DNA from: Octopus sinensis
Taxonomy: Eukaryota
DNA length: 64,000 bases
Assembly: GCF_006345805.1 (NCBI RefSeq)
Contig: NC_043001.1
Location: forward strand, 126,852,001-126,916,000
Reading direction: 5' to 3'
Shown: one piece after another, positions 1 through 13,112 of the stretch
How the letters are laid out: each line of letters opens with the position of its first letter
How positions within the stretch are numbered: the stretch's first letter is position 1
Program-made: the position numbers and the translations under genes
The notes under the pieces: model-generated
Told to the model about the DNA's origin: nothing
Databases searched by the model: none
The model's input: only the letters and a program-made list of their open reading frames with translations

Positions 1-435
1 AATTATCTCCAATGTTTTCCGTTGAAAAAAATATGAAACATAAAATATTATTTATATTTTTTCCTCTAATTTTTTTTCCATTTTCTTTATGTTCCTAACT
101 ATAAAAATGCTTTAGTTCACAGTAACAACGTTGTTCTATAGGTTAACATATATACAATTTACCAACTTTATTAAACAATAACTTCACGGTAGATTTAACG
201 AGATTATATTGCCTCTGTAAATGTTAGATGAATGTGAAACATCCGAAATTATTTCCCGTACTTACAAATGAAAAAAAAATATATTAATCACTACCGGAAA
301 TGTCTTTTCCTCCAAATATTTGATTTTTTAAAAGTCTTTTAATGCTTCAAGAGTTAAGGAACTTGACCACAGACACAGAACAGCGATAATGGTAGCATAC
401 ACACCACCGGATCTTCCACTAGGGGTCTTTAGTCT

Positions 436-745
436 TCTTGATTTTGGGTAGCTGTAATTCTCTGAGACATTGTTGCACAATATCTTTACATATGCCTCTG
501 CCAACTACTGTGAATTGAAGTTAGTTAGAAAACCGGTATCTCTTGTATGTCATTCTTTTAATAGTTATAAACAATTATTATATACAATCTTTCTGTGAAA
601 TCATTGAAAGAATGATTTATGACTTAAGAGAAGATCTTTAATTTTAATGACTTAAGAGAAATTCTTTAATTTTGCTTGTATTATATTCCGAAGAATTGTA
701 AAGTACCGATAATTTCTTCAAAAGAGAATGCATCCATCAGAAATT
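436..745 (-). repeat. Inverted paralog of 5378-5498 + 5946-6100 (old duplicated unique sequence)
   Basis: Revcomp 541-600 TTTCACAGAAAGATTGTATATAATAATTGTTTATAAC matches 5951 TTTCACATAAAGATTGTATGTAATAATTGTTTATAAA. CATATGTAAAGATATTGTGCAACAATGTCTCAGAGAAT matches 6053 CATATGTAAAGGTATTGTGTAACAATGCCTCAGAGAAT. Confidence 0.8.
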
Positions 746-904
746 GAAACAGCAGAGATATTTTTGTAAAGGTAAGTTCTGAACTTGCGTATTGATTTCA
801 TTTACTGTCTAAGCCAATTAGTTTGTTTTATGCAGTAATGTAATGCTCTTTTGATGCTTAAATAAACTCATTTCACTTCTTACATTAAGTGAGTTTTAGT
901 CTAA

Positions 905-1017
905 AACATTTTTAATATGGAAGGTCGGAACAGCAAACGACATAAAAATCAAGTTTGTGAACCAACGATTAGAGTTCATTGGTGAAGTTAAGATGAAGTG
1001 TATTATATATTATACAT

Positions 1018-1068
<51 letters not shown>

Positions 1069-1330
1069 AAGAAGATATGCTGTTGAAGATGACGACTTGT
1101 ACGCCGCTGATGTACAGAAGCAAGATATGGAAGGATAAACCGAATCTTAAAGTACACCAGAGTCGATAGAGTACAGATCAAAAACAACTCCAGCTCCCCA
1201 TGTCACGACGGTGAGATGTTACAACAAGCCACTATTCCAAATGGCAGAAAATATATAGAGTTTATATGTGTTTTGATGGAAAGTTTCCATGCAAGACACC
1301 GCCAAACGCTTTGTTAACTGCAATCTAATA
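905..1330 (+). repeat. Direct paralog of 6145-6495, interrupted by (TA)n
   Basis: TTTAATATGGAAGG...AAAAATCAAGTTTGTGAACCAAC and ATATGTATAAGAA..GCTGTTG are shared with 6148-6270; similarity is weaker further downstream. Confidence 0.7.
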
Positions 1331-1844
1331 GAATTGAGAAACAGGTTTCATAATGATATATATTTCAAAAATATTTTACACCTTCAGAAAAGTGAAGGGG
1401 GTGAAATAGAGTAAGAAAAATATAAGAATATGCATAATTACCAGTTGATAAACCACTATTTCCTTTACGCTAAATCACACGCCCCCATATTTGCAGGATT
1501 GGCAAAATGATAAGAATAAAATGTTCTATGGCATATCAATGATTATTGTTATTGTAACTTGATCGTAAACTATTAAACTTGATCGTAAACTACTCCATTG
1601 TATCACATCTCTTGCAATAATGTCCTGCATTCCCTCCCAAGATCTTTCTTGATAGAAAGCGTTATAGAAAACAATACCGTTTCTTATGCCAGAATATAAA
1701 ACATTTATTGCAAGTAAGAGATATCTATCATCTTAAATGACAATGATTAAAGACTAAGCTTCAACTAAAAATCCTAAAGCTTGATCGTGGCATTTTCCTT
1801 TTCTCTACGCCGTGTGTTACAACCCTTAGACCAATGTAGATATA

Positions 1845-2228
1845 TGGAAGCACTCCGTCGGTTACGACGACGAGGGTTCCGGTTGATCCGAATCAACGGA
1901 ACAGCCTGCTCGTGAAATTAACGTGTAAGTGGCTGAGCACTCCACAGACACGTGTACCCTTAACGTAGTTCTCGGGGATATTCAGCGTGACACAGAGAGT
2001 GACAAGGCCGGCCCTTTGAAATACAGGTACAACAGAAACAGGAAGTAAGAGTGAGAGAAAGTTGTGGTGAAAGAGTACAGCAGGAATCACTATCATCCCC
2101 TGCCGGAGCCTCGTGGAGCTTTAGGTGTTTTCGCTCAATAAACACTTACAACGCCCGGTCTGGGAATCGAAACCGCGATCCTATGACCGCGAGTCCGCTG
2201 CCCTAACCACTGGGCCATTGCGCCTCCA
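1845..2228 (-). mobile_element. tRNA-derived SINE, family A, full length
   Basis: tRNA-like head with A/B boxes (revcomp TGGAGGCGCAATGGCCCAGTGGTTAG...GGTTTCGATTCCC); 13-bp TSD CAATGTAGATATA at 1832-1844 and 2229-2241; near-identical copy at 17746. Confidence 0.93.
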
Positions 2229-3156
2229 CAATGTAGATATAACATTGTAGTCCTTATGATTTTCTCAAAAAAAAAAATAAATAAATAAAAGTGGTATGAA
2301 CTAAGAATGAAAATCATAGATATATTTTTTTCAGCTTGATGGGGTTTATGTTACTGTGTTTCTCTATTCGATTCGCAATAACAAGGTGCTAGAAACAAAA
2401 ATATTTGTTACAATTACTGTGCAGCAATGTGTTATGTTCTGAGATAAGACGCTAGGCCTATTTTAGTTCACTTACATTACGGTATCGATCAGTTGCCTCT
2501 TACTACTGCCTATCATCAAGTACCAAGACTACCACAGAAAAAAAATTTCATGTAGCTTTTCTCATAGCCATCATCAGATATTGTCTATTCTCAGTAGGTT
2601 CAATACTATGAATCACTCTATTGCTATCCATGGTTAATCATAAGTATGTACGCTATTTATAAGATTGGAGCCACGCCTGAAGCAGTCACTGCTAGATTTG
2701 AACTCGAAACACTGAGAGCCAGAATAAATACGATGAAATGCATTGCCTGACACACTAATGACTACACCAGTTCAACACCCTAGCCTTGCATTTTATATAT
2801 TGCTCGCGAAAGATTGAAAAGCGACTTTGACTTCCGTGGGATATGAACTCAGAAAACAAAAAGTTGAAATGAAAAATCAAAATGTTTTTCGTTCGAGGTT
2901 CTTACATTTCTGCCACTTCGCCACCCGACTATTTCTAAGATAAGCCAAATTAGGACGGCTCTCTGAAACCCTATCAATAATTGAACTTCAGTATTACACT
3001 GGGCGGCGATAAAACGTCCTACAATTGTACAGTGCCGAGTAAGTAACGTCAGCATAGTGGCTTAATCAGTTGACAGGTGCAGTCCGGTCTTGTAAATTCG
3101 CAACGCCCCCACGTACATACAGACTCCCGTGGGCGCTACCATTCAGCTTAAAACTA

Positions 3157-3414
3157 GTAAATGGTAAAGTTACCTTATCCAGTCATACTGATTCATAAGG
3201 GCCACGTTCTCGGTTTCCATGGCGTATATATTCCCCACATGGACGGGACGCCGGTCCGTCGCAGGATTACTCATTTTTGCCAGCTGAGTGGACTGGAGCA
3301 ACGTGAAATGAAGTGTTTTGCTCAAGAACACAACGCGTCGCCTGGTTCAGGAATCGAAACCACGATCTTACGATCATGAGTCCAACACCATAACCACTAA
3401 GCCAGTGCCTCCAC
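3157..3414 (-). mobile_element. tRNA-derived SINE, family E
   Basis: Revcomp head TGGAGGCACTGGCTTAGTGGTTATGGTGTTGGACTC...GGTTTCGATTCCTG; 14-bp TSD TCAGCTTAAAACTA at 3143-3156 and 3415-3428. Confidence 0.88.
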
Positions 3415-3581
3415 TCAGCTTAAAACTATTGAACTATAACTTCATTGACTAGTGTGTCATTCCTTATTTTCATAAGTAGTTTGTGATTTTAAGGAGATTC
3501 CTATGCTGAGCCTTAGCAGGTCAAGTGATTGCGCAGATGCTCATTCACATTACAGAAAGAAAGAGAAACCGACAAAAACAG

Positions 3582-3740
<159 letters not shown>

Positions 3741-4109
3741 GAGAGGCAGAAAGAATAAAGAAAAAGAAGACAGAGCATATTGAAGGAGAAAAGTATAGAG
3801 AGAATATGACAACAGTAAAACAACGTGCTCACTAGTTACATTGCTATTGGGATAATATCTGAAATACTTGCGCTTGATACCTCCATAATTTTTCGAGATT
3901 ATCTAATTGTAATGAACTATCTCTTCACTGACATTCAATAAACAATTAATCACACATGAGATATACACTCTTTATTACAGTGTTGCTGCAATAACCTAGT
4001 CAATAAAACTATGGTCTCTTAAGCTCCTTTTACATTAAGATTTGGAAGCTAACGGAAGTAATAGCTACTCTTGTCATTTCCTTCATACAAATGTTTGATT
4101 TCTCATTGC

Positions 4110-4233
4110 AGAATATACGTACATGCATACGTACAAGCATACGTACATGCATACATACATACATACATACATACATACATACATACATACATACATACAT
4201 ACATACTTACATCATACATGCATGCATACATAC

Positions 4234-4294
<61 letters not shown>

Positions 4295-4308
4295 CATACA
4301 TACATACA

Positions 4309-4405
<97 letters not shown>

Positions 4406-4462
4406 GTGTATGTATTTGTGTCAGTGTTGTGTGTGTTTGTATGTTTATATACATATATATAT

Positions 4463-4538
<76 letters not shown>

Positions 4539-4725
4539 TGTATATATGGATATATGTCTACATATGTACACATTATGTATTTACATTTAAATAAATGTGT
4601 GCGTGTGCATACATACATGCAATCATACATACAATCATGTATACATAAATACGCACGTACGTACGTACATGCATACATACATACATACATACATACATAC
4701 ATACATACATGCGTACATACATATG
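4110..4725. repeat. Compound (TACA)n/(TA)n microsatellite field
   Basis: Seen directly. Confidence 0.97.
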
Positions 4726-5060
4726 CGTACACTGCCACCCCCACAATCACACAAGTGTAAATGTATTACATAAAGTGCCAACGCCGCAAACAAAGCGATA
4801 AATTTTAGGTAAGATGACATCGGGAAGTGGTTCCAATTCCAAGCAAAATATTTCATACTATTAATTCATAATAGTTAAAGGATTGCGTATTACATGTGCG
4901 TGAGTGCGCCCGTATGTGTGGGTAGGAATGTGTGGGTATTGGTGCGGCGTGTGCTTACACGTGCTTGTATATGTGTGTGCAAATGTATTTGACATGCCCA
5001 ACATGCTTTACAGCTTATACTGTGCCCTTTATCGAATTGTCTAAAATATTATTAACTTAG

Positions 5061-5255
5061 CATCATCATCATCATTGTTCGACCGTGGTCGAGACAATGG
5101 AATTTACTATGTTACGCCAGACTTCACGGTCCATCATAGCATTACGGAGGTCCTGCTGCTGGATGCGTGTATCCCTCGAGATTACATCAGGGTAGGAGAG
5201 TGTGCGCCCTCTGGTATTGTGAGTAGATGGCTTCCAGAGGAGAAGAGTAGAAATT
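5061..5255 (-). mobile_element. RTE-type LINE 3' end
   Basis: Minus strand encodes ...TLSYPDVISRDTRIQQQDLRNAMMDREVWRNIVNSIVSTTVEQ* followed by a (TGA)n tail, typical of an RTE-like ORF2 C-terminus. Confidence 0.75.
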
Positions 5256-5498
5256 ACTCTTAGAAAAAACTTAGCATAGAGAGTTATATAGATTCATTAT
5301 AAATATTAGTAACATAGGCTCGTTACATCATGTTAGTCCGTCGGAGTGACAAGTATCAACTGGTTAACCTAAGGATGACTGATGATACGCATTGTAACTT
5401 TGTATAAAGCGATGAAGAGCAATCTTCGTGATATAATACAAGTAAAAATTAAAGACCTTATCCAAAGTCATGAATTAAGGGTTCATTCTTTTAATGAA

Positions 5499-5945
5499 CC
5501 CGCATGGTTCTTGGGTCTCAAGCATTTGTCTTATGAAGAAAGGCTGAAGACGCTCGACTTTTATTCTCTAGAAAAACGACGACGCCGTGGTGATCTCATT
5601 CTTGCTCACAACATCATAAGCGGAAAGTGTAACCTCTCGAAAGAGCTGTTCTTCACTCCTGCTCCAGAGCGTCGGCTGCGGGGACACTCCGAAAAGCTCG
5701 ATCTGCGACGATTTAATCTCAATCGAAGGAGAGGGGCTTTCTCTGTCCGGGTTGCGGATCCGTGGAATAAGCTGCCGGACGAGATAGTGAAGATGCCGAC
5801 GACCGCTCGGTTCAAAGTCTCTCTTGACCAGAAATGGCCTGAACTCTTTGCATGAACACCCTCCCTGTACATAACTCCATGTCCCCCTACAAGGCCTTGC
5901 TTTTTGCTTTTTGAGCCAAAAAATTAACTTAACTTAACTTAACTT
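5499..5945 (+). mobile_element. CR1/L2-type LINE, 5'-truncated
   Basis: LSYEERLKTLDFYSLEKRRRRGDL...RGHSEKL...FSVRVADPWNKLP...FKVSLD is the CR1 ORF2 C-terminus; (AACTT)n tail; approximate TSD TAATGA/TAATAA; the paralog at ~600 shows the empty site. Confidence 0.92.
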
Positions 5946-7020
5946 AATAATTTCACATAAAGATTGTATGTAATAATTGTTTATAAATATAAAAAGATTG
6001 ACAGGCAATAGAGACCGGTTTTCTGATTGCAATTCACATTTGTTGCAAAGACATATGTAAAGGTATTGTGTAACAATGCCTCAGAGAATCACAACTCGTA
6101 CGTTAAGTTGTTGTTTTTTTTTTTTATCAAAATTAGTACTAAATATTTTTAATATGGAAGGCAGAAAAGACAAAGGACCGAAAAATCAAGTTTGTGAACC
6201 AACAGCTGGAGTTTATCGGTTAAGGTGAATTGATGTGTGGAATCATATGTATAAGAATAGTTGCTGTTGGAGATGTCAACCTCATTCTCTCGTTCATGAC
6301 TCATTTTCAATCCAGTTTCAAGATCAGGTCAAGACGAATGTGGACCGAGGAGGACGCAGTGGACAATTAAGATACCTCACTTGCCTCATCTTGCTCTCTG
6401 CATTCCACAATGCGTTGCTGCAGCCGCTTTGCTTTCCCTTGGACAGTGAAGTTTTCTTCCACAGAATCCGCCGGATCCAGTTTTCACACGCGTAAATAGG
6501 CAAGCAATGACATGCTATGTTTTAATAAACATAGCTGGGCCCTCACAGGAGCTACTACTACTAGTCCAAGAAAACCTGAAGAAATAGTGGCTAGGAAGTT
6601 GTTCCACACTCCTCAAAACCAGGGCCCCAATACCAGATGTAGTTTAGAGTCATACCTAGAACAGAGATATACAGCAGTAGCATCAACCCAGTACAAAAGT
6701 CAATAACATAGTCCCATTATTTTCATTATTAACATAGACTCGTTACATAAACCAGTAACGATTACATATACCAGTAACATAGATTTGTTAAATAAAGGCA
6801 TTATATACAAATATATAACAGCCACCACTAAAGGATGAATGAACTCGACAGCTAAAGTCTTATATAGGCCTACAGCAGAAGAATTAGCATACCAGTCATT
6901 CATATTTGACAAACATAGGTTACTATTCATGAAAACAATTTGCCCACATAAGTTGTCGGCACAGATTAATTATCGTTAGGTGTTACTCAACTATTCTTAT
7001 CAATATATTGCATATTGCGA

Positions 7021-7210
7021 AAGCGGCCTGCTGGTAGAATCGTTAGCACGCTAGGCAAAATTCGTAGCGGCATTTCGTCCGTCTTTACGTTCTTAGTTCA
7101 AGTTCCACCAAAGTCGACCTTGCCTTTAATCCTTCTGGGGTCGATAAAATAAGTACCAGTTGAGCAATAAATCGATGTAATCAACATCCTTCCTCGAAAC
7201 TGCTGGGCTT
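7021..7210 (+). mobile_element. SINE family B, diverged
   Basis: GCGG..GCTGG.AGAA.CGTTAGCACG...GTTCAAG/ATTCC.CC.AGGTCGAC.TTGCCTTT.ATCC motif shared with 13963 and 35230. Confidence 0.85.
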
Positions 7211-7224
7211 TCTTTCTTTTATTA

Positions 7225-7425
7225 TTTTACTTGTTTCAGTCATTTGATTGCAGCTATACTGGAGCACTGCCTTAAAGTGTTTTAGTCGAAGGAATTGACT
7301 CCAGGACTTAGTCTTTGTAAGTGTAGTATTTATTCTATCGATCTCTTTTGACGAACTGCTAAGTTATGGGGACGTAAACACACCAACATCGGTTGTAAAA
7401 CGATGGTTGGAGGACAAACACACAC
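7225..7425 (-). mobile_element. SINE family C, 3' part
   Basis: TTTACTTGTTTCAGTCATTTGA...GGGGACGTAAACACACC is the revcomp of the 3' half of 8846-9278. Confidence 0.82.
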
Positions 7426-7620
7426 ACACACACACACACAGATACAGATGTAGATATAGACATATGTGTGTGTGTATGTATATATAATATTAATAATCCC
7501 TACAATTCTTTGGATTCAAACTCAGAACCAATAAGAATTTTTTTTTAAATTCATATTTTGAAAACAATTTGAGTAAAAATCTGATCAGAGTAAAGCAGGA
7601 CAAAAATTACATATTAGAAG

Positions 7621-7674
<54 letters not shown>

Positions 7675-8845
7675 AATATATATATGTGTATGTGTGTGTG
7701 TGTATGCATGTGTGTGTGTGTTTGTGCGTGCGCATTTGTGTGTATGCGTGTACGTGCATATATACACTCAGCACTTTACATGTACATACATATATTCAAA
7801 GACATTCATATTCCCTGGGTACAATTATTTTCATCATTAATATAACTGTATACATAATTGAAGAATAAGAATTTTATTGAAGTGATCAAATAGTTAAAGA
7901 CCTAAGAGTGACCTCGGGTTTCTTCTTCTGACTGAATATTTCAATTGGGAAGTAATCACTTGTCACTATAAGACAATAAGGTAATCGATCAGGCAGATAA
8001 TCACCCAATTACAACAATATATATATTTGTGTGTAGGCGCGCGCACATGTGTGTATGTATGCATTTATGCATGCATTGGAGTAAGAACTCAAGTCCAATT
8101 ATCTTGACGAATTAAATAAACAAAGTATTTAACTGCTGCTTATTTCATCGCACACAGAACGATGCAACGTAAATTTGATTTCAACAGGATTTTAAATCGG
8201 AATGCAGTGGTATGTAACTAAATACTACAAAGCAGAAAATATCCATCGCTCCACGTACCAATACTGCAGTTGGTAACATGAGAGCTAAGCTCTTGCTGTT
8301 TCGTTAATTTAAGAATACGTCGTGGTTTTATTTCTCAGTTGAATATGTTTCATTTTAGTTATATTTGTATTGCCCTTAGCGACGGAGTAAACAAAACACA
8401 CCTAATTTATCACTAAAAATATAAAGTACGATAGAAAGTAACCTGAAATTTGGGGAGCAAGTGTTGTCCTAAAAGCGTTATGCTCAAACACTCGCAATGG
8501 AATATGATGAAGATGATGACAATGACAACAATGATAACAATGATGAGAAAGGGGATGACCATGAGGATGAGGAGGAAAATAATGTTTCATCCTAGTCAGC
8601 TTTTTTTCGAATAGACCTATGGCAAAGGACATTCCAGCTGTAACCATCCCACTTCTTCCCCTACGAACACATTAATCAAATGTTTTCTTTTCTAATGACG
8701 GTAGGACGTAAAATTTGACAGACTTTTGACTGGCTGTCATTTCTAGCAGACGGACCGACTCAATAAAATCTCACTTTCACATATGTAAGGACGTTCGTAT
8801 CTATATATGCATGCATATATATATATATGATATATATATTTATGC

Positions 8846-9009
8846 GCAGGAGTGGCTGTGTGGTAGGTAGCTTGCTTACCAGCCACATGGTTCCGGGTTC
8901 AGTCCCACTGCGTGGCACCTTGGGCAAGTGTCTTCTACTATAGCCTCGGGCCGACCAGAGCCTTGTGAGATGATTTGGTAGACGGAAACTGAAAGAAGTC
9001 CGTCGTATC

Positions 9010-9048
<39 letters not shown>

Positions 9049-9278
9049 TTGTGTGTATGTGTGTGTGTTTGTGTGTCTGTGTTTGTCTCCTACCATCACT
9101 TGACAACTGATGTTGGTGTGTTTACGCACCGTAACTTAGCGGTTCAGCAAAAAGAGACCGATAGGATAAGTTCTAGGCTTACAAAGAATAAGTGCTGGGG
9201 TCGATTTGTTCAACTAAAAGCGGTGCTCCAGCATGACTGCAGTCAAATGACTGAAATAAGTATAAGAAATGCATAAAA
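8846..9278 (+). mobile_element. tRNA-derived SINE family C with internal (TA)/(TG) microsatellite
   Basis: Head GGAGTGGCTGTGTGGTAG...GGTTCCGGGTTCAGTCCC; body GGTAGACGGAAACTGAAAGAAG; tail GGCGGTGCTCCAGCATG..CAGTCAAATGACTGAAA. Confidence 0.9.
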
Positions 9279-9351
<73 letters not shown>

Positions 9352-9436
9352 AGCAATAATAAACAAGTGAAGAACAAATATATAAGTACATGTGTTTACT
9401 TGGCAAGAAAAAAGATGACCATCCTGAGGTATAACA

Positions 9437-9478
<42 letters not shown>

Positions 9479-10213
9479 TCCATTCGGTTTCTAATACTCT
9501 TCTGATTAAATATCGATCGATGTAACAATTGGAAAATATGCATTAAAATTTATTGCTCACGGAAAGAAGAGAACTTTAGATCAACGCTAATAATCGACTC
9601 CTAAACTGTAATTATTATATTAAGACCAGAAAACTAAAGGCAAAATTAACTTCGAAGGTATTTGAATGCAAACAGTAAAATCTAGGAGAAAGCCATATCT
9701 AAATATTCCCAAATATTTTCACGAGCCTTGAATGGTCTCAATCAATTCAGACTATTTAACCACACTAAAAGATGTTAATGCATATATATCTGTTTAGCTA
9801 TAAATATATCTGTTTAGCAACAAATATATTAGAAAAGAATGAATGATAGAATGTAATGGTAAATGTAATGGTAAATGAGGTCACTTAATGAAACAAAAGA
9901 ATTATCGTTTACATCAAACATAACTTGGAAAGATCAGAACTACTTTTAAAGCCGTAGGGTTTCAGGTATTCAGGATCTATTTCTTCTGATGTGTATACTA
10001 TTCCAGGTCACTGCTACTGATGAACTCCACATACTTAATCAGCTTTGAGAAATAAGTCTTTCTCTTCAACAATGAAGACACATGCCGAGATAAAAGGATA
10101 ATGTTTAGGATTAACGAGCCATATATAGTGAGTGAAAGGAAGCTATTAAAGAACAACTAGTAACTACAAACAAATAGAGAAATATATATGTGCATTATAT
10201 ATGTGTATATATG

Positions 10214-10268
<55 letters not shown>

Positions 10269-10364
10269 GTGTATGCACATGCATGCATACGTACTTATAT
10301 ATATATGCATACATACTGTATACATGAGTGTACGAATAATACCTTGTATGTGTATGTATGTATG

Positions 10365-10462
<98 letters not shown>

Positions 10463-10699
10463 CAGATAGATAGATAGATGGAAGGTGCGGTGGATAAATT
10501 GTCGCCATTGTATATTTTTAATTTTGTGCATGCGCATTGGTTGTTTTTGATTTTGTCGACCAGTATAGAAGGGTCAGTTTGGCACCGTCTGTGAGAAAAA
10601 TACCAATTCACTCTGCCAGAAATTTGGAAATGACATGATGTACTGCTTGGCATTCGCACAGGAAGCTCCAATACGAACATTTGAGAATGTTTGGGTATC

Positions 10700-11085
10700 A
10701 ATCTGAGGACATGTACCGAGACTGATAAAAGTCAAACATCCAATCAACGTCATGGGATTTGGAGTGATCACTAGGGTTTGCGACGTTATGCCTCCATTCA
10801 TCTTTCCTCACGGTCTCAGACCCAACAAGGAGGCCTAAATCAAGTGCCTAGAGGAGGTAGTGCTGCTTTAGGTCAAGAGGGTGGCTGCTGGAAGACCCTA
10901 TGTTTGGCAACATAACTCTGCACCATGCCACATAAGCAGGAGAACCCAGTCATGGCCGTACGACAATTTCTGCGACCACATCACCCCTAACATCTGGCCA
11001 CCTAACAACTCCCCCAAACTACAACACCCTTAATTATAATGTATGGCGCGCTATTGACTGAGAGACCAACAAAACTCCTTGTAAT
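10700..11085 (+). mobile_element. DD37D (maT)-like Tc1/mariner transposase fragment, pseudogenised
   Basis: KVKHPINVMGFGVIT...MPPFIFPHGLR...GRPYVWQHNSAPCH.SRRTQSW..DNFCDHITPNIWPPN with stops. Confidence 0.85.
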
Positions 11086-11146
<61 letters not shown>

Positions 11147-11696
11147 CGTATATTTGCCATTTAAATATGGCTTACCCCCTAAGGGTGGATGCTACTGTAG
11201 TTTGTAGTCCCAGGAGGGCACCTCCTCCAGCTGGCTATAGACATATATGTGTGTATGTATGTATGTATGTATGTATGTATGTATGCATGTATGTATATAT
11301 GTATGTATGTATGTATGTAAGCATGTATGTATATATGTATGTATGTATGTATGCATGTATGTATGTATATATGTATGTATGTATGAATCCATGTATATAC
11401 ACACACATACGCACATATACAATACACATATCTATCTCTATCTCTCTACCTACCTGTCTACCTATTTCTCTGTCTGTCTATCAATTTATATATACATACA
11501 TACGCATATGTGTGTGTGTGTGTGTGTGTGTGTATAATATCTGAAATGGTGAATACTTATAATCGTGTGTATCCTTAGAGATATAAATTCCTTTGCTATT
11601 TTCGATAGTTCCTTATTACCTACAGCACTTGCGCACGACGCATTCGAAAACATGCACACACACACACACACACACACTCACACACACACACACACA

Positions 11697-11734
<38 letters not shown>

Positions 11735-11998
11735 CACACATTCATACGCACAAACACGCTACAACCGACTGAGCGAAGGAGAAGACAAGAGAAAAGGAGA
11801 GAGAGAAAGAGAGAGGATAATGCACATAGTGAGTAACAGAAGCATACACTGACCACTTAACTGTCTAACATACAGATAACAGTCACGTAGGCTTCTTTGC
11901 ATTTAAGAAATGAATATGTCTAAAGAAATGCGTTCAGACTTCGATCGAGATCATGTAGCAGTTTCGATTCCTGTTTAGTTCATTTTAGATATAAATCC

Positions 11999-12261
11999 GT
12001 GAGGTATACTAGCCATCTCAATATGGCTAACCACTAAGGGTGGGTGTTACTGTAGCTTGTAGCCCCAGGAGAACATCGTCTCCAGCTGGCTTTAGGCACA
12101 CTTTCTGTGCCATTATGGTATTTGCAAAGGGAGGTCAAATACCATAAGGGCACAGAAAGTGTGCCTAAAGCCAGCTGGAGACGATGTTCTCCTGGGGCTA
12201 CAAGCTACAATAACACCCACCCTTAATGGTTAGCCATATTGAGATGGCTAGTATACCTCAC
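11999..12261. repeat. Near-perfect fold-back: 126-bp arms, 11-nt loop
   Basis: 11999-12124 is the revcomp of 12136-12261 with ~3 mismatches; loop CAAAGGGAGGT; a diverged single copy of the arm lies at ~11157-11240. Confidence 0.95.
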
Positions 12262-12489
12262 ATTGTCGTGCAGTTACTGTTTACATCTTGTTCAGAGTTT
12301 TATTATTGCTTGCGTACAGATATAAATCCATTTTAGATGTAATTGTTGCAGCTGAATCACCAAGGATCTTGTGAAATGCAAGAAGGTCACTTAATCGCAA
12401 ATCCATTTTAGACTGGCAATACTCCTGAGATTTAATTTTACTTCTTTTTGCTCTCCAGAGAAAAAATAACATCTTGTGAATAAGTTGCA

Positions 12490-12923
12490 TGTGTGCTTCT
12501 TTGTGTTTGTCCATAACCACAGCTTGGCAACCGGTGATGGTTTGTTTGCGCCCCCGTAATGTAGCGGTTCGGCAAAAAAGGAACCGGTAGAATAAGTGCC
12601 AGGCCTAAAAAGTATCTACTGTGATAGATTTGTTCGACAATAACCCTTGTAAGTGATGCCCCAGAATGGCCACTGTCTAAAGGTTGAAACAAGTAAAAAA
12701 TAAAATATGTGTGTGTTTGTGTGTGTTTGTGTGTGTGTGTGTGTGAGTGTGTGTGTGTGTGTGTGCGTGGCAAGCATTGTTAGTTTTCTTGCGTTCCCGT
12801 AATTTAAACCATTCCACAAAAGACCGATAGAATAATTATCAAACTTAGAATAAGGGTGGAAATCGTTCCTCTCGATGAAACCCTTGAAGATAGTACCCTA
12901 ACCTGTCCACGACTCGATGACTA

Positions 12924-12930
<7 letters not shown>
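12490..12930 (+). mobile_element. Two diverged SINE family C 3' fragments
   Basis: GGCAACCGGTGATGGTTTGTTT..CCCCGTAA..TAGCGGTTCGGCAAAA..ACCG.TAGAATAAGT motif occurs twice. Confidence 0.7.
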
Positions 12931-12960
<30 letters not shown>

Positions 12961-13021
12961 CAAATGATAGATAGATAGATAGATAGATGGATGGATGGAT
13001 AGATAGATAGATGGATGGATG

Positions 13022-13107
<86 letters not shown>

Positions 13108-13112
13108 CAGAC
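12925..13112. repeat. (AAAG)n-(TAGA)n/(TGGA)n microsatellite
   Basis: Seen directly. Confidence 0.95.

Noticed and set aside
5382-5855. 157-aa ORF as a gene
   Set aside because: It is a chance in-frame fusion of ~38 codons of flank with a 5'-truncated CR1 C-terminus.
6500-6960. NUMT hypothesis (in-frame TGA read as Trp in a hydrophobic frame)
   Set aside because: No recognisable motif of any mitochondrial protein.
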